Of a stretch of DNA of 64,000 nucleotides, positions 60,358 to 64,000 are shown piece after piece. The stretch is from Octopus sinensis. Lineage: Eukaryota. The first letter of the stretch is position 1; each line of letters opens with the position of its first letter. The notes beneath the pieces are model-generated. The model did not search any database. It saw only the letters and a list, made by a program, of their open reading frames with translations, and was not told the DNA's origin. The stretch covers positions 28,520,001 to 28,584,000 of the forward strand of contig NC_043010.1 in the NCBI RefSeq assembly GCF_006345805.1, read 5' to 3'. The translations under genes were made by a program, and so were the position numbers.

Positions 60358-60824
60358 TCTGGTGGATATGTTTTATTAAAATTTATTTTGTTCGTTTGTT
60401 TTGTTGATGATTTTTATTTATTTATTTATTTTTTTATAAGGAGAAGTATGTAGAATAGATTGTACAGAATGTTTGCTGTAATGCTGAGAAATTTGTATTT
60501 GAATTATGAGCTTGCAGTTATTTTATCTTTCTTTTCTTTTTTTTTCCCCCTCTTTTTCTAATTTTTAATGTGTGGGTGATCCTTTAGTTATCAGAAGGTA
60601 TATATAAATAAATACTCTCTCATAGGAGTGTGTGGTTTTGTTTATTTCGTCGTTTGAAATTTATGAAAATAATTTGTAGTTAAAGAAAAGTCTACTCACG
60701 AGTTGGGAAAACGCGTGGTTTCAACTGTACAGGAATATATGTGATGGTCAATTCCGATTGTAGCTGTGAAGCTTCCTCTGGCGCGGAGAGGAGTAAAAAT
60801 ATGTCTTTATACTTCAGCATCAGT

Positions 60825-60878
60825 ACATATATATATATATTATAATATATATATATAATATATATATATGTATTTATG

Positions 60879-60909
<31 letters not shown>

Positions 60910-60914
60910 GTATT

Positions 60915-60953
<39 letters not shown>

Positions 60954-61027
60954 GTATATATATATATGTATTATTATATATATATGTATTTATGTATATA
61001 TATATATGTATTTATGTATATATATAT

Positions 61028-61070
<43 letters not shown>

Positions 61071-61350
61071 CATATATATATGTATGTGTATATGTATGTA
61101 TGCATATATATATGTATGTGTATATGTATGTATGCATATATATATGTATGTGTATATGTATGTATGCATATATATATGTATGTGTATATGTATGTATGCA
61201 TATATATATGTATGTGTATATGTATATATATATATGTGTGTGTATATATATATATATGTATGTGTATATATATATGTATATATATATGTGTATGTATATG
61301 TATATATATGTCTGTATGTATATGTATATATGTATATATATGTATATGTA

Positions 61351-61382
<32 letters not shown>
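60825..61382. repeat. (TA)n/(TATG)n microsatellite
   Basis: Direct inspection. Confidence 0.95.
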
Positions 61383-61383
<1 letters not shown>

Positions 61384-61384
61384 A

Positions 61385-61575
61385 TACTGGCTCATGCCGG
61401 TGGCACGTAAAAGCACCCACTACACTCTTGGAGTGGTTGGCATTGGGAAGGGCATCCAGCTGTAGAAACTTTGCCAGATCAGGTTGAGCCTGGTGCAGCC
61501 TCTGGCTCACCAGTCCTCAGTCAAACCGTCCAACCCATGCCAGCATGGCAAGCAAATGTAAATTGTTGATGATGA
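61385..61575 (+). mobile_element. SINE family D (RTE-like tail ending in (GAT)n)
   Basis: ggtggcacgtaaaagcacc...ggaagggcatccagctgtagaaac...ccaacccatgccagcatgg...gatgatgat. Confidence 0.7.
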
Positions 61576-61614
61576 TGATGATATATATATGTATATATCT
61601 CTCTTTTTTCTCTT

Positions 61615-61827
61615 TCTTTTACTTGTTTCAGTCATTTGACTGCGGCCATGCTGGAGCACTGCCTTTAATCGAGCAACTCGACCCCGGGACTTATTCTTTT
61701 GTAAGCCCAGTACTTATTCTATCGGTCTCTTTTGCCGAACCGCTAAGTAACGGGGACATAAACACACCAGCATCGGTTGTCAAGCAATGCTATGGGGACA
61801 AACACAGACACACAAACACACACACGC

Positions 61828-61858
<31 letters not shown>

Positions 61859-62030
61859 TACATATATACGACGGGCTTCTTTCAGTTTCCGTCTACCAAA
61901 TCCACTCACAAGGCTTTGGTCGGCCCGAGGCTATAGCAGAAGACACTTGCCCAAGGTGCCACGCAGTGGGACTGAACCCAGAGCCATGTGGTTGGTAAAC
62001 AAGCTACTTACCACACAGCCACTCCTGTGT
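61615..62030 (-). mobile_element. SINE family A, full length
   Basis: Colinear with 6647-7072, including the internal microsatellite. Confidence 0.88.
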
Positions 62031-62091
62031 TTATATATATATATGTATGTGTTTGTATATATATATGTATATATATGTATATATATATATG

Positions 62092-62161
<70 letters not shown>

Positions 62162-62162
<1 letters not shown>

Positions 62163-62196
62163 TAGCTGAAGGTGACCCGCTCTACGCGCGGGTAAG
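62162..62196 (-). mobile_element. Helitron 3' terminus
   Basis: On the - strand: hairpin cccgc-gcgtaga-gcggg, about 10 nt, then CTAG|T. Confidence 0.6.
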
Positions 62197-62199
62197 AGT

Positions 62200-62545
62200 G
62201 TGGTTGTTACTTTCTGTTGCTTCCTTTCAGCACGTAAAAAGCACAATCCAAACGTGGCGGATTGCAGCGCCGCCTTGACTGGCTTCTGTGCTGGTGGCAC
62301 GTAAAAAGCACCAACTGATCGTGGCCGCTGTCAGCCCCCCTGGCACCTGTGCTGGCGGCACGAAAAAAGCACCCACTACGCTCACAGAGTGGTTGGCGTT
62401 AGGAAGGGCATCCACCTGTAGAAACACTGCCAGATCAGACTGGAACCTGGTGCAGCCTCCTGGCTTCCCAGACCCCGGTCAAACTGTCCAACCTGTGCTA
62501 GCACGGAAAACGGACGTTAAACGATGATGATTATGATGATGATTC
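62200..62545 (+). mobile_element. SINE family D with internal tandem GGCACGTAAAAAGCACC units
   Basis: Same tail as 61385-61575, ending in cggacgttaaacgatgatgat. Confidence 0.72.
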
Positions 62546-62854
62546 TCCCTCCTATCTCTCTCACTTTCCCACTCTGTTACTCTTCCTTTCTCTTGGACTC
62601 TCCCTCGCTTTCTCTTACTCTCTATCTTTATTTATCTCTCTCCCATTTATAAACAACAAAAGATTTTGAGTAAGTTGAGAAATAAAATATTTAGAAAGAT
62701 CAATCATAATATCAGGCAGTAACAACGGAAAGGTCTGCTTCAAGGCAGACAGCAAAACACTAACATTTAAAAGGGACAGACAAACTTGCGAGCTGAATAA
62801 AAATAATAAAATATTGGAAACCAAAGTTTGAAGGGATAGAATTTGAGGATAGTA

Positions 62855-63302
62855 GTGTCACCATGGCTGGCATTTCTTAACGACGGACAGCAATGTATTG
62901 ACAGTTTAACGGCTGGCGTAAAATTTTGAACTTGATGTAAAAGAAAATCCCTAAAAACCAAGTTTTGAATTGATTCTTTCTCACGACAGTAGACTCACCA
63001 TGGCAAGCATTCAAAACTTCTTCATCATGGACAGCAACACATTGACGATTAAAAGGCTGGCGCAAATTTTTTAGCTTGATGTAACAGAGAATTGCTAAAA
63101 ACCCGCTCCTTTAAATTTTAATCCCCTTCCAGCCCTATTTAGACCCCTTTTCACATTTTGGTTAATATAACCCGATTTCATTTGGGTCTACTGGGGCCAC
63201 ATTTTATAAGATGAGGACTCAACCAAGTTTCCCGAGTTCTGGTCATAGACCATAGAACACTCAACCAAGTTTCCTGAGTTCTGGTCATAGACCATAGAAC
63301 AC
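62855..63302 (+). repeat. Local tandem duplications (~140-bp diverged pair and 42-bp near-exact pair)
   Basis: tcaccatggc..ggacagcaa..ggctggcg..cttgatgtaa at ~62858 and ~62996; the 42-mer starts at 63217 and 63259. Confidence 0.75.
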
Positions 63303-63642
63303 TTAGCTAAAATCTAGTTTCTACCTAGTCTGAACCAATCAATCCGCCGCAGTCTTCATCCACACAGAGCTTACTCAACCATGTTCCAGTCCCAGCGACA
63401 GACGACCAGACCAGCCAGTCATGTTCCTGCTCCAGCCAATGACGACGCTAACATACACCAGCAACGCCACCGACACCTTCATCTCAACGTCGCCTTTCTC
63501 TGCCGTCGCCATCACCATCGTCGTCCTTCACCTTCATGACGTCTCCATCTCCGTCGCCTTCATCTCTAGCAACACTAATATGTACATAGTACTCATTCAG
63601 GTTTAGCTTTCATGCTGTTATGAATTTCACCGAGGTTAACAG

Positions 63643-63795
63643 CACAGCACTACCTGCGAGATCTTCTGTACCAATGTAACCTGGCACAGCATTGAAGCCA
63701 CAACTGCTACACGATGTGTTCAACCGGCATCTGCACTTGTGATCCAAACATCCTGTTACAGAACGAACTGCTATTATGTACTGTACTACGAACTG
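63643..63795 (+). pseudogene. Candidate Cys-rich (EB-module/EGF-like) phase-1 exon with one in-frame stop
   Basis: AG|...|GTAAAT, 153 nt; translates to ..LYQCNLAQH*SHNCYTMCSTGICTCDPNILLQNELLLC.. Confidence 0.3.
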
Positions 63796-64000
63796 GTAAA
63801 TTAACTCCATCTTGTCTGAAATACCCTGAGAGACTTTTCCTATGCGCTGTATTTTGTTTTGCCCGCATACACCTTGTTTGTACTTCTGTTGCACACACAA
63901 ACACACATAGTTAATACACACACAAATGCTATCTCTGTCACATTCATACGCCACACATGCCTTTCTCGCTTGTTTTCCATGCTCAATGTGCCCTTGTAAA

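Larger units (their letters stand above)
56690..60480 (-). mobile_element. Near full-length CR1-clade LINE (copy B) with intact 3' stem-loop
   Basis: ORF1-like segment, APE and RT in order; 3' end ggtggtgct...catggcttg GACCAatcttTGGTC gaaaca. Confidence 0.92.

Overview
Repeat-dominated, AT-rich eukaryotic non-genic DNA. The SINE, LINE and microsatellite inventory looks cephalopod (Octopus-like); that is an inference from repeat families I recognise, not a database result. I see no intact host protein-coding gene. The central structure is about 7.5 kb of degenerate telomeric repeat arranged head-to-head, (TTAGGG)n-(TA)n-(CCCTAA)n, at 15915-23460. On its left is a tandem array of ~2.7-kb units holding a decayed, signal-peptide-bearing reading frame that I tentatively read as an IgGFc-binding-domain gene. 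On its right is a 4.9-kb satellite of about 34 conserved double-hairpin cores separated by spacers built from 10-bp words; it ends just before a minimal hammerhead ribozyme motif. The rest is a transposable-element graveyard: two near-full-length CR1-clade LINEs whose ORF1s begin with a Myb/SANT-like (trihelix) motif, Dong/R4-type and RTE fragments, a full-length mariner, two hAT fossils, Helitrons, GG-ended MITEs with 8-bp TSDs, several SINE families, two more hammerhead-like motifs, and a nested stack in which removing a Helitron and a MITE restores a transposase-like reading frame. Coordinates were read by eye and many boundaries are approximate.
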